64,000 nt of DNA from Eukaryota sp. GEM-RC1. Its lineage: Eukaryota. The position numbers and the translations under genes were made by a program. Below the pieces are notes generated by a model. It did not search any database. It had not been told where the DNA came from and saw only the letters and a list, made by a program, of their open reading frames with translations. Of this stretch, positions 23,983-36,320 are shown piece after piece (the first letter of the stretch is position 1; each line of letters starts with the position of its first letter). Location: contig JAUFOQ010000002.1 of assembly GCA_040285855.1 (NCBI GenBank), positions 3,038,001-3,102,000 of the forward strand, written 5' to 3'.

Positions 23983-25244
23983 TCAAGACAAAACAAGTTC
24001 AACATTATAACCACTACCTGTAACAGAACCTCTGTGACCATCAACAGAAACACTTCCGTGACGTCCATTATTATCATAGATAACTGCATGAGGTGTTCGA
24101 AAGTGGTCAACTCCAATGTTGAACTCGACTTGTTCAAATCCACTAGCGTATTTCAATTGAATCCAATCTCCAAAAAGTCTAATAGTTGAGGTTGTTCCAC
24201 TACTAACACTATTTGGAATTACAGAATCTATAAGTCCAATGTTGCTTTCAATAAGAGATAATGACCAACTACTTGAGGTTGAGGTAATGCTCAATGTCCA
24301 TGCAGGAGAATCACCGAAGCAGTGGAAATTGGGTTGGAACCGATAGTCCGAGCTTGAAATTTGTTTTCCATTAGTATAATGTTCACAAACGAAGTCGGAA
24401 TCACTGTTGTAGAAACAAAACTTGAAGAGCAAACCATTACTTAAACACCATTGACGATTTCCCTTTTCCCACATATCACAACTTCCAGATTGGGCAGAAT
24501 CTCGTCCAGTATACGTAGCATCGGTAGGTACAGTCCGACTGGAAATAATATTCTTGGATATATCAAAGTTAGATCCAGAGGTCAGTTCTTCACAGTCATC
24601 ATATTCATCAATCATATAGAGTCTATTGTTAGTGAAAAGTTGATGTAGTGTGAGATCATCACGGCGACGATAAAGCTGAGTATTTGATATATCAAAGGAC
24701 AGTTCTAGATTGGTACCATGTAGACGGCATGTCCATTGAGGATATTGTTGAGGTGTTTCAGAAGGTGGGTTGGGTGGAGGACCTGAAGAATCGCCGTCGT
24801 TACTTACAACCATGATGATAACAACAATGAAGATGGTGATACCAATTCCAACGGCACTACCGGAAGCCTTTTGATTGCTTTTACTGGGGTCAAAATACAA
24901 CAAGAAACAAACCGATTACTTCGGGGCATGGGGCGATGTCTCGGCTGAACGACAGGAGCTGATACGGGTGCTACAGGCGGGGGAGAATTATGGAAAGAGT
25001 TCATATGTGCAGCAAACCGCTGGGGATGCTGATTGTGGGAAACCTGTGGTGGCTGATTGTGGGAAACCTGTGGTGGCTGATAATGATGAATAGGAGGAGG
25101 TTGATAATGTTGGGGAGGGCCTGGATTGTGCGGGATGTGAATTTCGGGAACATCATGTTGAGATTGATACGGATTTGAACTGGGAAAAGCCGGAGGAGGA
25201 GCTATTGATGGATCGTAGCTGTATGGATTTGAATCTTGATACAT
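23983..25244 (-). CDS. Pro-rich single-pass membrane protein (paralog B); one homopolymer frameshift near 24893
   Basis: ORFs 24804-25244 and 23983-24903 join to match paralog A end to end; downstream sequence is also duplicated (~18030-18285 vs ~23700-23982). Confidence 0.85.
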
Positions 25245-25670
25245 TGAAAGAAAATTGAGTGGGCTTCTTGGAGGAGGACATCCAAAATGATGATCACATC
25301 ATCATCATTTGCAAATGATGCTAAGAAGGCAGTAATCGTTGAAGGGGTACTGACTGGATAGTGCTAACGCAACAAGAACACAGCACTGATCAGAACAGAA
25401 CTTTACAACGTTTCAAAATCATGTGACAGATGTTTGTCTAGTGAGATTTGTGCTTAGACCTACAAACAAAACGATAGATCAATTCACGACATGAAGTGCG
25501 AACAAATATTTTAGAATTCGACCTAAATTATGACACGTGTTGTACTGACCAAAGTTGAAAAATGTTTATCGATGAAGGGCACAAAAATACATACATGTAT
25601 CATAATAAAAGATATGGAACACTACATGTAGACACACAAAATTCCAGGTTAACAGTACCACAGTTGATAG

Positions 25671-26378
25671 CAGGGATGTTAAAAAATATATTTTTATTTT
25701 ATTTATTGCAATAAATATTATTTATTTATTTATTGTCAGCAGCTGGATCAACAATATATTTATTGTCTCAAATCGCAATATGCAATATTATTGCAATATA
25801 TTGCAATATTGTGACAATATATTTTCATGCCAAATTGTTGTGTTTTCATTTGCAAATATCGAACTTTCTTCATTTCAATTCGTACAGTGCTGTCTCAATT
25901 TTGTAACCAAGGATACAAACAGTTGATCATACCATCATGGAACAAAATGGCTAAAGAAATTTTAGTTGTTCTTTTTTTTTTCTTGATGACTATCAAACCA
26001 AAACTTGTTGCTGAACATTACTTGCGGCTACTTGATCCACAACCTGTTCGCCTTGCGTCTGCTCGCGGAACTGAACCTTGGGGATGCGTTGAATGTAAGA
26101 AAACGAACATCGATGCTGTCATCTGGATAGCCGCAAAATCGGGCTATCAAAATCTGTTCTCTCATGTAAAAAATCACCACAGAAATTATGAACAACCCGG
26201 TTTTTCTACATTATACCAGTACTAAAGTTGCAGAAGATAATATTGTCAATAAATATATTTATTTATTGTGATGCCCGACAATATCAATATATTTATTGCA
26301 AGCCCACACAATATCAATATATTTATTGCAAGCCCACACAATAATTTATTTATTTAAATATATTTTTTAACATCCCTG
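25671..26378 (+). mobile_element. Non-autonomous hAT element with BED zinc-finger remnant
   Basis: TIR CAGGGATGTTAAAAAATATATTT; perfect TSD GTTGATAG; WGCVECK...SGYQNLFSHVKNHH. Confidence 0.93.
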
Positions 26379-27031
26379 GTTGATAGACAACTTTGTGATA
26401 AATGATTTAAAAAACTTAGGCATCGAACGGAACAAAGAAAAAATCAAACGGTTATGCCAAATTAATAAGATAAATCTCTTATGCTGATACTTACCCATAA
26501 ATCCAAAATCAAAAGTACTAGTATGTTTTAATTCTTTCATTTTTTGATTTGCATCCAGTTGCTACATCAATCTACACCAATTTTAACTTCTCTGGACAAA
26601 AGTTCGTACGATCGTTTGGAAGATTTTTGCTTCTTCTTTGTGAATATTGATGGTATTCATCTTTGTATTTTTCACATACTCAGTTGAAATAGTGGTTGAC
26701 TTCACGACAGTTGTTCCTGAACTTTGTGATTTGATGGTGGGACCTTAATGCCTTTAACTTTCATAAGCCATGAATTGTTGATTCTGTTGTAAATTCTCAT
26801 TTGAAACAATTGGTTTGGTCAAGGACAAATGGTTCAACTCCTCATTGGAAGAACAGCCCTTTCTCCATAAACGTCAATAGTTAGATACCGGTGTATTGAT
26901 TCCAAATTTTGCTTTAATGTCTGGTTGTAACTACATTTGTTTGTTATAATTATTTGACGTCTTGTTGTAAGAAATGATTTTTGAAAGGAGTTTTTGATCA
27001 CAATTTTGTTCACAATTGTTGCTAATAAAAA

Positions 27032-27102
27032 TTCGCATACCGGGAATCGAACCCGGGTCTAATATGTGAAAGACATTAATGCTAACCACTACACCATATG
27101 CG
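27032..27102 (-). tRNA. tRNA-Glu with an apparently 6-nt anticodon loop (CTTCAC; one base short of CTTTCAC/CTCTCAC)
   Basis: Acceptor TCGCATA/TATGCGA+A, D loop AGTGGTTA, anticodon stem AATGT/ATATT, T arm CCGGG-TTCGATT-CCCGG, followed by a TTTTT Pol III terminator. Confidence 0.88.
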
Positions 27103-27849
27103 ATTGATGAAACTGAAAAGTGTACACAATCCAACACACACACCACAAATCCACAGCATGTAAAGCACATACTACGCACGACATACTCTCTGTATGTCGT
27201 TTTAAAGTCTTAATTTATCCAGAAAGCAAGATACTCTCTTATGGTGAAAAATTGATCCACATCCACAATTAACTAAATGATGAAACCAAGCCTTCTGACT
27301 GTATTTACAAATGCATTAATTGTTCTATAGTATTCCAAACGACCTAAGGAACACACGAAATATCATATTAACACGCCAGGATACTAATACATTTATTGTT
27401 TTTCGACATACAAATGTTGTGATATAGACTTGTATTTCAATGACATTGATAAGCTTAACCAAATTTGATATTCAAAATTTGTGTTTGTCCCAGTCACCCT
27501 TCTTAATTTTGGTAATGGCTTCTTCATTGTTGATTGAGTTCGACTCTTAGTGAGTATAAGTGCTTCAGATTATCAAGTTGGCGAAATCGTATGTTTTCTC
27601 TAATAGAAGCCTACATCCTTTCCGCAAAGGATATTGCTTTTTGATAGAGTAGTTTTCTGTTTGTTGTATTATCTTTTTAGCAAATGATTAAAATAGGATA
27701 ATATCTGTTTAATTATCACTCTTTTATGGAAATAATTGCCATTGTTTATTTGATACTCTGACACAACATTTACTGTATTTACTGTCATAGCCATGTGTGA
27801 TCTACTGCTACAAATAGAGTTCTTAAATTGTTTTCGCTAAGTTGTAAAA

Positions 27850-28196
27850 GAATTTCGGTACACAGGGCAAAAAGTAGTCCCGAGTTCGCTGCTTTTTTAA
27901 TTAACCTTTATAATAGTGGGCCCCCTATATTAATTTCTCAAATTCCAAAGGTGTTTGGCTTGCATCTATCTGATGAAGCTTGGATGAACAATCAAAGCTG
28001 GGGATCTTGATACTGCGTGGCTTAAATCGAGTCAGTCATTAATCAATTTTACCACAAGCGATGTATGTAAAAAATCTTCTGTTAGTAATAGAATCTTCTT
28101 TCAATCCGTTAACAGCTGCTGAAAATCTCAAGCATTGCTTGATATTGCAGATTTTGATTTTCGCAGGAAGGTTACCCTTTCAGGTACCGAATAAAG
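27850..28196 (+). mobile_element. Decayed, internally deleted CRE-like retroelement copy
   Basis: SPEFAAFLINLYNSGP..ISQIPKVFGLHLSDEAWM and 3' GGAAGGTTACC...GAATAAA. Confidence 0.85.
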
Positions 28197-28661
28197 TTAC
28201 TTTCAGCTCTGAGACAATATGATAGATGCATTTTCTTTTTAATAGAATCGTGTTGACGTTACAGAAAATCAAGGAGCAAACCATTGATTGCACAAAACAG
28301 CTCATACATCCCTTGTGAGTCATGGCTGTATTTCTACTTATGAATTGGCTCGAGTTAGGATTGTTAACACAAATCAATTGTCGAAAATATCTACTCGTCA
28401 CTTCTTGTCGTGAATCCATCGTTTTGTTTATAGCTCTCACCGCAAATCAAAAAATACTAGTAACTAACCGTGTGAATAGTAATGACTACTCTGGTTCTTT
28501 CTTCTTCTTTGGGTCGTATTACTGCCCTATAGCATCTGTTCATCAAGAGCTGTCTGCAACTTCTATCAATAATGATCCGTTCAATACCTTAGATACCGGT
28601 GTATTAAAGTTGTCTGCGATCAACTACTAGTAGTAGATCTACATCTTTCTCCTTTTCCTCA

Positions 28662-29030
28662 ATGTTTTTAGGTTTCAATCAATGCAGTAACAGTTGTCCC
28701 ATTTCAAATCTGTGCCCATCTCAAAATCCGTGCTTATCTCAACATGTTCTTTCCCAATTTCATACCCTTCACAGTCTTGGTGCTTTCCATCATGACGAGT
28801 CTATTCAACAATCAAAGTCCCCCCAAGTATCTCATGAGCCTCCATCTGTAACACCTCCACCCTCTGATGTCAAGCACATAATCCGACCTGATGTGTTTGT
28901 TTCCTTGTTGTTGTTTTGACCTCAGTAAAAGTAATCAAAAGACTGCTGGCAGTGCCGTTGGAATTTGTCTAGGGCTCTTCGTGATGATCACCATCGTTGT
29001 TGTTTTTGTTGTTAGCTTTTTGTTGTAAAG
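28662..29030 (+). pseudogene. Truncated third paralog of the Pro-rich membrane protein family
   Basis: PQVSHEPP repeat remnant and TTTGACCTCAGTAAAAGTAATCAAAAGACTGCTGGCAGTGCCGTTGGAATT match paralog B up to the TM segment. Confidence 0.75.
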
Positions 29031-29294
29031 AACATTCTGTTTAAACCTCAACAACGTCTTTAATGGACATCCCCTCTGTACGGTACAAGTTTACTACATG
29101 TAGTAGTACATGTATTTGATGTATAAAATATTACTTGTCCTAGTCATGTTGTCATGATCAATGTACATTCCCACTTCGTTCTTCCGCTTTCAATCAGGCT
29201 TCACTAAAGTCCAAAATTCAAGTAAAGTCAGGTAAAGTGGTTTACTTTACTACAGCTATAAAGTTCTATTGTATTTAAGGTCAATGGCCTGATC

Positions 29295-29945
29295 TAGGGA
29301 TGGGGAAAACTCAACTCCAGTTCTAGTCCAAGACTCCAAACTATACTTCACTCCGGATTTCTACGAGTTGGAGTTTTGTCAGAACTTTACGAGTAAGTCG
29401 AGTTGGAGTGAAACTTGTTATTTCATTAGCATTCCTAAGTTAGTATTGTACATGTACATAATTTACAAACAACGCCTATATCAAGGGGGAGTTATACTAT
29501 TTGTAGTTATCATTGACCGAAATGAAATTAACTTATCTATGCTTTCGCTTAAAAGGCCAAAAAATTACACTATCGTCCAGCAAGACCTGTTTAAACTTCT
29601 GACCAAATTCTGAACACAGTTTTTGAAATAAGTTTTGAAACTCTTCTTTGGTAACCACCTGACTGAAGTTTTCACAATAAAAGGAAAGATTCATTGCGAT
29701 GACATCATCACGGTGGATATTCAGCGGTGTTTGTTTTAGTGTGAATCGTAACACATTGAGTCACCGTTGTGTAAACAGTATTTGGAAGAAGTGACAAAAG
29801 CATCAAATAAGAGGAATGGTATAAAGACAAAAATTGAACAAATTTGTGTGAAGTGAAGTCTACAAGTGACTTGAGTTGGAGTGAAGTGAAGTTGGAGTTC
29901 CAATACATTACTTCTACGAGTTGAGTGAAGTCGAGTTGAGTTGGA
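29295..29945. mobile_element. hAT-type non-autonomous element, right TIR lost
   Basis: Left end TAGGGATGGGGAAAACTCAACTC; GAGTTGGAGT sub-terminal repeats; flanks GCCTGATC / ACCTGATC. Confidence 0.65.
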
Positions 29946-30212
29946 ACCTGATCTCAATCCTCTTTTCACAACCTTCTCTCTTCAATTTTGATTTCAGTTT
30001 CTGTTTGCCATGTACCCATGACTTTTGAAAATTTGAAGTAGTTCCACTTCACTTAATAAACTAATAAACATAAATTACCGAAGTCAATCACATAAGCTCA
30101 GTATAACAATAGAAAGAAACAGAAAAGACATTAAATACGCAGTTTTATAGATAAATTTTTAGTACATAAAATCAACTTTGAATGAGCAGCCCTTGACCTT
30201 AACACTTTTTAA

Positions 30213-30316
30213 TGGACTTAACCAAATATGGCGGGGTTTGACCGGCCAGCTAACAAAAATAAAGCTAATTTCTACACAAAAACTCTAATCTCTCATCATT
30301 ACCACTCATGAAAATA
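30213..30316 (-). mobile_element. Non-autonomous Fanzor right end / omegaRNA copy (element may extend to ~30526)
   Basis: Encodes a diverged Fanzor C-tail MSGNDERLEFLCRN*, then the 52-nt 3' end identical to 771-822 except one loop base. Confidence 0.85.
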
Positions 30317-30635
30317 GAGCAACAAACTAAGCAAAGGAGTGATCTGAGGATCAAAAGACCCATTGAAGGCTCCTGATAGTAGGGGGAGACGAAGCACAGT
30401 GAGATGTCTAACCAACACGAAGTCGATGGACATCTCACTAGGCGAATGACCCTAAATTTCTGTTTGAACTGTTTGTGGTTAATGTCTTGTTGACATCTTG
30501 ACAAGTTTGAGAATACGGAATACTTATTTAATGGAGTAATTGTTACATGTACTTCATAAAAACATGCTGACATTAAATACCAAAATCAAAATGAAATCTG
30601 TAGACACACAATATTCCTGGCCAACAGCACCAAAG

Positions 30636-30794
30636 CAGTGATGTATGAAAAATAGCGTACTGTACACTACCGTAAATTACGGCACAGTATTATACCCGGT
30701 TTTCGTAAAATACGGTAACTGTAAAAACACAAATTATTTACGACAAAGTTGAAAAAGTACCGTATTTTACGTCTACTATTTTTATGCATCACTG
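30636..30794. mobile_element. hAT MITE (CAGTGATG family, 159 bp)
   Basis: CAGTGATG...CATCACTG; perfect TSD CACCAAAG; TACGG/CCGTA sub-terminal repeats shared with 50203-50910. Confidence 0.9.
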
Positions 30795-30850
30795 CACCAA
30801 AGAGCAACATTGAAACGTTTTAAAGTTATGATGTTAACGTAAGTATGGAC

Positions 30851-31556
30851 CAGGGATGTTAAAAAATATATTTAAATAAATACATTATTGTGTGGGCTTG
30901 CAATAAATATATTGATATTGTGTGGGCTTGCAATAAATATATTGATATTGTCGGGCATCACAATAAATAAATATATTTATTGACAATATTATCTGCTGCA
31001 ACTTTAGTACTGGTATAATGTAGAAAAACCGGGTTGTTCATAATCTCTGTGGTGACTTTTTACATGAGAGAACAGATTTTGATAGCCCGATTTTGCGGCT
31101 ATCCAGATGACAACATCGATGTTCTTTTTCTTGCATTCAACACATCCCCAAGGTTCAGTTCCGCGAGCAAAAGCAGGGCGAACAGGTTGTGGATCAAGTA
31201 GCCGAAAGTAATGTTCAGCAACAAGTTTTGGTTTGATAGTCATCAAGAAAAAAAAGAACAACTAAAATTTCTTTAGCCATTTTGTTCCATGATCCTATGA
31301 TCAACTGTTTGTATCCTTGGTTACAAAATTGAGACAGTACTGTACGAATTGAAATGAAGAAAGTTCAATATTTGCAAATGAAAACACAACAATTTGGCAT
31401 GAAAATATATTGTCACAATATTGCAATATATTGCAATATTATTGCATATTGCGATTTGAGACAATAAATATATTGTTGATCCAGCTGCTGACAATAAATA
31501 AATAAATAATATTTATTGCAATAAATAAAATAAAAATATATTTTTTAACATCCCTG
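30851..31556 (-). mobile_element. Second copy (inverted) of the BED-finger hAT element
   Basis: TIR CAGGGATGTTAAAAAATATATTT; perfect TSD GTATGGAC; near-identical to 25671-26378. Confidence 0.93.
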
Positions 31557-31722
31557 GTATGGACACATTGATCCAAAGTTGCAACATCGATAATTACATT
31601 TATGAATTCGTCATTAAAAAAGACTTAGTACCTAGAACTAGAGCAGGTGCTGGTTTGTTTCTCTGTGCAAATTTCTGTCAAGAGAGATGTTAAATTTTCT
31701 GTTATTTTCGTCTCCCTCTATA

Positions 31723-32481
31723 ATGGACGACTTTGGAGCTAATCTTCACATTCCTCCCAGTATCAAACTGACTGCTGATAAAACAGCTAAGTTCTACGTT
31801 CGTAATGGACCCTCTTTTGAAGAAAAAGTCAGAAGAGAAAAAGGAGACCGTCCCGAGTTCATTTTTCTCAAAGAAAACCACCCTTTGAATGCATATTATC
31901 GAGCTTGCATCAAAAAATACCAAGAAAATCCTGATCTTCTCAAACAAAAACCAACTATCGTTGAAAAACCCCCACCAGTTCCTGAAACACAAGTAACAGA
32001 AGCTCCTGCTAAACTAGACCGCTTCAGAGAACGTCTCCCTGTCCCTTCCTCTAAACCTCCCAATCTAGATTTCGCCATCACTTACCCTGCTGACATTGAT
32101 GTCGTCACACTGGAAGCCATTAAGATCACAGCTCAGTATGTAGCTAGAAATGGAAGAACTTTCCTTGCTACTTTGGCGAAGAGTCATACTGATAACCAGC
32201 TATTGTCTTTTCTTAACCCTTCTTCTCCACTTTTCAATTTCTTTTACTGTATTGGTTCATAATTATCAAAAATTCAAAAATCTTCTACTCTTAAAGACAT
32301 GAAGGAACGTATCCGAAACATGAATCTTTTGGTCGAAGACAAGTTCTCCTATCTTCCTAAGATTAAAGGAAGAGCAGGGTGGGAAAGGAGGTTGAAACAG
32401 AAAGGAGAAGAGGGAGAGACAGAGGAGGACAACATTGATTGGTCTCACTTCGTTGTTGTTCAGACGATTGATTTTGTTTGA
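31723..32481 (+). CDS. SF3A1: Splicing factor SF3A1/Prp21 (two SURP domains plus Prp21 motif), short form
   Basis: ADKTAKFYVRNGPSFEEKV...FIFL..HPLNAYY; IKITAQYVARNGRTFL..LSFLNP; IDWSHFVVVQTIDF. Compensating indels near 32242 and 32268 restore FFTVLVHNYQKI. Confidence 0.9.
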
Positions 32482-32756
32482 TTGAGTTAAGCTCTTTAGT
32501 AGAGCTCGCTTGTTGAGCTGGTATTTCTGTTTTGTTGAAATTTTGGCTCTTGTTTTTGAAATTATTTGAATTTGGTCTCTGTTGTGATTACACTTCAAAT
32601 TTGAAATGTTGGTACTGTTCCAGATGTTTTTGAATTGTAAATTGTAGTGCGGAGATGTACATGTATTTTTTTAGAGATGGAACTTTTTCAGGTGGACTAT
32701 GTTGCTCACATTAAAAAAAGTTCTTGAATAAATACTAGTACTGTTAAACAAAGAAT

Positions 32757-33560
32757 TAGAGCTGTCAAACGGTTCGGCTCCAGCCGTAAACCGAACGACT
32801 TGAGCCAAACCATATCGAAATTTGGTTCGGCTTACTTAAATGGCTCAAGCCAAAGCCGAACCAGTTTGGATTTCTCCAAGCCAAACCATTCGGCTCAAGC
32901 CGCGGCTTGAACTTACTTCGGACAAATGAACAAATTGACCAAGTTCATTACATACATCGATTCATAAGACGTACAAACAAATACAAAAGGAATAGACAAA
33001 CCGCTAGCACACTCATAATTGTGATCATTACTGATAAAATTCGTTCTTATCTTCAGAATCTTCCTTATATTAATAACTCTTTTCCAGTGAAGGAACGGCA
33101 TTTCAGTGGCGTTAAACTGAATCTTTCAATTTACAATTACTCAAACACTTCTTACAGCATATGTAGAATGCTACCAAATTACTTTCAGGCTCGCAGTACA
33201 TTACAGTTCTCATGATGACTAGCGTCTGAGACAAATGCACATCAAAGATACTCACCCCTTCTGCGTCATCACCTGAATGGCTGAAAAATGCTTGTAACGT
33301 TAACGTTTGGTTAACAAGTATCATCCTTTTGTATTTTTGTGTATGCTATGACAACTTTCATATCAATGTTCCTTGATTCATGTTTTGCTTGGATGAATAT
33401 GGTAGCTGCTATGAGAACTGAATCATACTTTCCGACATTTAAAGCAAGGTACCATTTAAAGAAGGAAGAGCATCTAAACGCTGGGTCTATTCTTTGAAAG
33501 AATGTACTAAAACTGCAGACAAAATTACAGTATCGGTATCCTAAACTCGCCATTACTTGA
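32757..33560. mobile_element. Decayed hAT element end with GCCGAACC/GGTTCGGC sub-terminal repeats and possible transposase debris
   Basis: TAGAGCTGTCAAACGG terminus; related decayed copy at ~13390-13500; other end not found. Confidence 0.5.
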
Positions 33561-33945
33561 TTTCACGATCAAGTAATCCTGAAAAAACATATCAAAAATT
33601 TATAAATTTGAATAGTATCATAATCAAAAATCAGATTTGTTTGTTTGAAAGAAACAATATGAAAGTAACAGAATTATGTCTCCACATGAGACGTCCAACG
33701 CTAACAAACATTAATAATTATTCAAAGTAATAAAACTCCAGAAAATGCATCAATTGAAGTTAGAAAATCCAATTATAACTATTGAAAAACAGTTAAAACT
33801 CAGGACCAATTTAAATATTAGCATCCCCCTAAATATTTAAAATATTACCTATTAATTCTCTTTACAGCTGGAGAACTGATAGATTTCCTCCGATCCAATT
33901 CATTTAACACCTTATCAAAAACACAAGAAGCAAGTCGATGCCTGG

Positions 33946-36251
33946 TTAAAACTGTGGGCGACGACACTGACTTTGTACTAGGTCTACCTTTTTCCGAGGG
34001 GTTTGCTTAGAAGTTGGAGGTTTAGTTGAATCAACGACAACAACTTCCTCTACTGTCGGTTTCGATTGTTTTTTAGGTGCTGTAGGCCCTTTCTTTTTAG
34101 GCAACTTCCCTTTTTTTTGGTTGAGGGTCAACTATAGGAGTCGATCTCAATTGTCTAGTACTATGGACAACCACCTGTTTTTCGTCCTTCTTCTTCCCAC
34201 CCTTCTTTGTTTTAGAGTTCTTTGGGTTTTTAGCCTTACCTGTAACAGCTGCTTGTTTCTGGTTCTTCTTCTTCTCAGCAGGGGTTGGTGGCAGTGGCTC
34301 CTCAATTAGGTCAACAACTTCATCCTCAACTACCTCATCTGTCATCTTTTCATTGGTCTTCTTAGCATCTTTCTTATTGTCTTTCTTATTCTGCACTTTC
34401 CCAGCCTTGACTGCTGCACTGATAGTTGGCATTACTGCAGCTGATTCAAGAGCTTTCTGGGAAGGTTTACGTGATCGCTTTCCCTCTACAATCACTGGGG
34501 GTCCTAAGAACTCCAACTCTTTTGCAACTTTTGATAATACAGGTAATTTAGATTTAGTAGATTTTTTAGATTTTGGCTTAGTTTTGGATGATTTCTTTAG
34601 TACTTTGGGTTCTTGTTTTTCAACTTCTTGTTCTTCTTCATCAACAATGATTTCTTTTTCTTCTTCATCAACAATAACTTCTTTAACTTTTTTCTTTAGA
34701 GGGGGCTGGAATTGGTGAATGGTCTTTGACTTTTTCTAAATCAATGACGTCATCAGATTTGATTTGATTGGAATCAGCAGGAATCGGCTCACGTAGGTCC
34801 ATGTCGTCGTCCACGTCATCCATCGCGTCATCAACAATAGTAGTAACAGATGAATCATCATCATTTTCATCATTTGAGATTTCCTGGGGATATAAATCAT
34901 TGTTATCTTCCAGATCAATCACAGGAGTCATAATCGAATCGTCATCATCCACGTCGTCATCAGAAAAAGCATCACGTGACAATTCCTGATCCAAAGAGCC
35001 CCAACAATCAGAAATATTCAAAAGACTTGAAGTATCAATCGACTGATTTCTCGAATAAAACTCAGTCAAGGGCATCTCGTCATCAGATGACATCACGTCA
35101 TCATCTGCTTGATTGAGGTCAAGAGACTTCTTTTTCCTTTTTGACCTAGGAGTTGACTGGGAGACAGTCGTCAGATTGGTCAATCGACCGGCAATCAAAT
35201 TATTTTTGAAATCAAGATCACCAAGATAGGAACCTGGTTTGATTATAGACAAATCAACTAATGCGGTATAAATTAATTGCGAAGATAACGGTTCAGTTAC
35301 TTCTTCCAAGCAAAATATTTTGGCTGGGCTAATATTTAAAATTTCTAAAGTGGAACGAACTTTCGACGATTTTTTGAGTAGATAAAAATAATCCTTTGGA
35401 TTGGTAATAATTGATTTTAAAGGAGATGAATTAATGAGATCAATTGCGGAAATGGTGGAATCTAACAATTTTTTAAATTTTTCACAGATTCGAGTTCGAT
35501 GTAGATAAACCGATGTTGAATCACAATCCATTGAAATTCCTTCAGTTAAAAACTTGGCAAATATTTGGTCCAACAGTCGTGAAATATCTGTAGTTTTTTC
35601 CTCGGAATTAAGCACAGCCACATCAAAAACATTAATTCCATACTGATTTAAAACTTTAACAGCTTCAGAATTCCCTTTTAGAAACTTATAAAGCTTCCGC
35701 TTATTACTAGAAAAAAGACCAAATTCCATGAGAATCTTCAGCGACTTTTCAACAGCATTAACTTTAAACAACAGTAGCTCTCTATCGTGAATTATTTTAA
35801 AATATAGCGCTTTTGAAATATCATATCCAAAATCTTTTAAAGGGGTATACTTCAAAAGTTCAGAAGGTGGCAATTCAAGTAGAGACAGAAACTTTGGAAT
35901 GGTATGACCTCGAAGAACGTCAATCATGAGCCGTACATGACGTTGGTCTGTATCTTTAATGTATTTTGAGAGCTTGGTATGGGCTTTCTTTACCTTCTGA
36001 ACAAGATCAGCAGGTGGGGGTTCTAGCTGGGAGTATAGAATAGAGGATGAATGGGATTTAATGGCCCTGGGAGTGGATGGAAGTCGGGAGGATGGTTTAC
36101 TACGGGGAGAACGGTCGATGGGTTGTGAAGAAGGGTCAAATGGGGCGTCAGAATCGCTTGTATCAGAGCAAGAAGATGAATCAGAGGACAATTCTGAAGA
36201 AGAGGAAGGTGATTCGGGTGCTGACAACCCTGTTAATGTATCATCAAACAT
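33946..36251 (-). CDS. Large hypothetical protein, Ser-rich start with acidic and Lys-rich C-terminal region; several A-run frameshifts
   Basis: 522-aa ORF continued by same-strand ORFs of similar composition, with breaks in homopolymers. Confidence 0.65.
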
Positions 36252-36320
36252 GTAAAGGTGGAGAGTACAGACGAGACTTTAAGCCTACTGGTAGGAGAGA
36301 TTTCAAGAAGAACAATCTTG

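Noticed and set aside
26487..26500. ATACTTACC resembling the U1 snRNA 5' end
   Set aside because: No downstream stem-loops, U1-70K loop or Sm site recognisable.
26881..26897. 17-bp TTAGATACCGGTGTATT repeated at ~28589
   Set aside because: Probably shared decayed repeat debris; no boundaries or coding identity could be supported.
27060..27080. Reading the tRNA as a UGA-suppressor or selenocysteine tRNA (TCA)
   Set aside because: A 7-nt loop centred on TCA does not give a paired anticodon stem; the body matches tRNA-Glu and lacks the long variable arm of tRNA-Sec.
30265..30573. 102-aa ORF ending like the Fanzor C-terminus
   Set aside because: Only the last ~14 codons are homologous; the rest has no protein features and overlaps a hairpin-containing noncoding region.
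32240..32300. In-frame TAA inside SF3A1, suggesting stop-codon reassignment (TAA=Gln)
   Set aside because: Two compensating homopolymer indels give the better SURP consensus (FFTVLVHNYQKI), and TAA, TAG and TGA all terminate conserved genes in this window.
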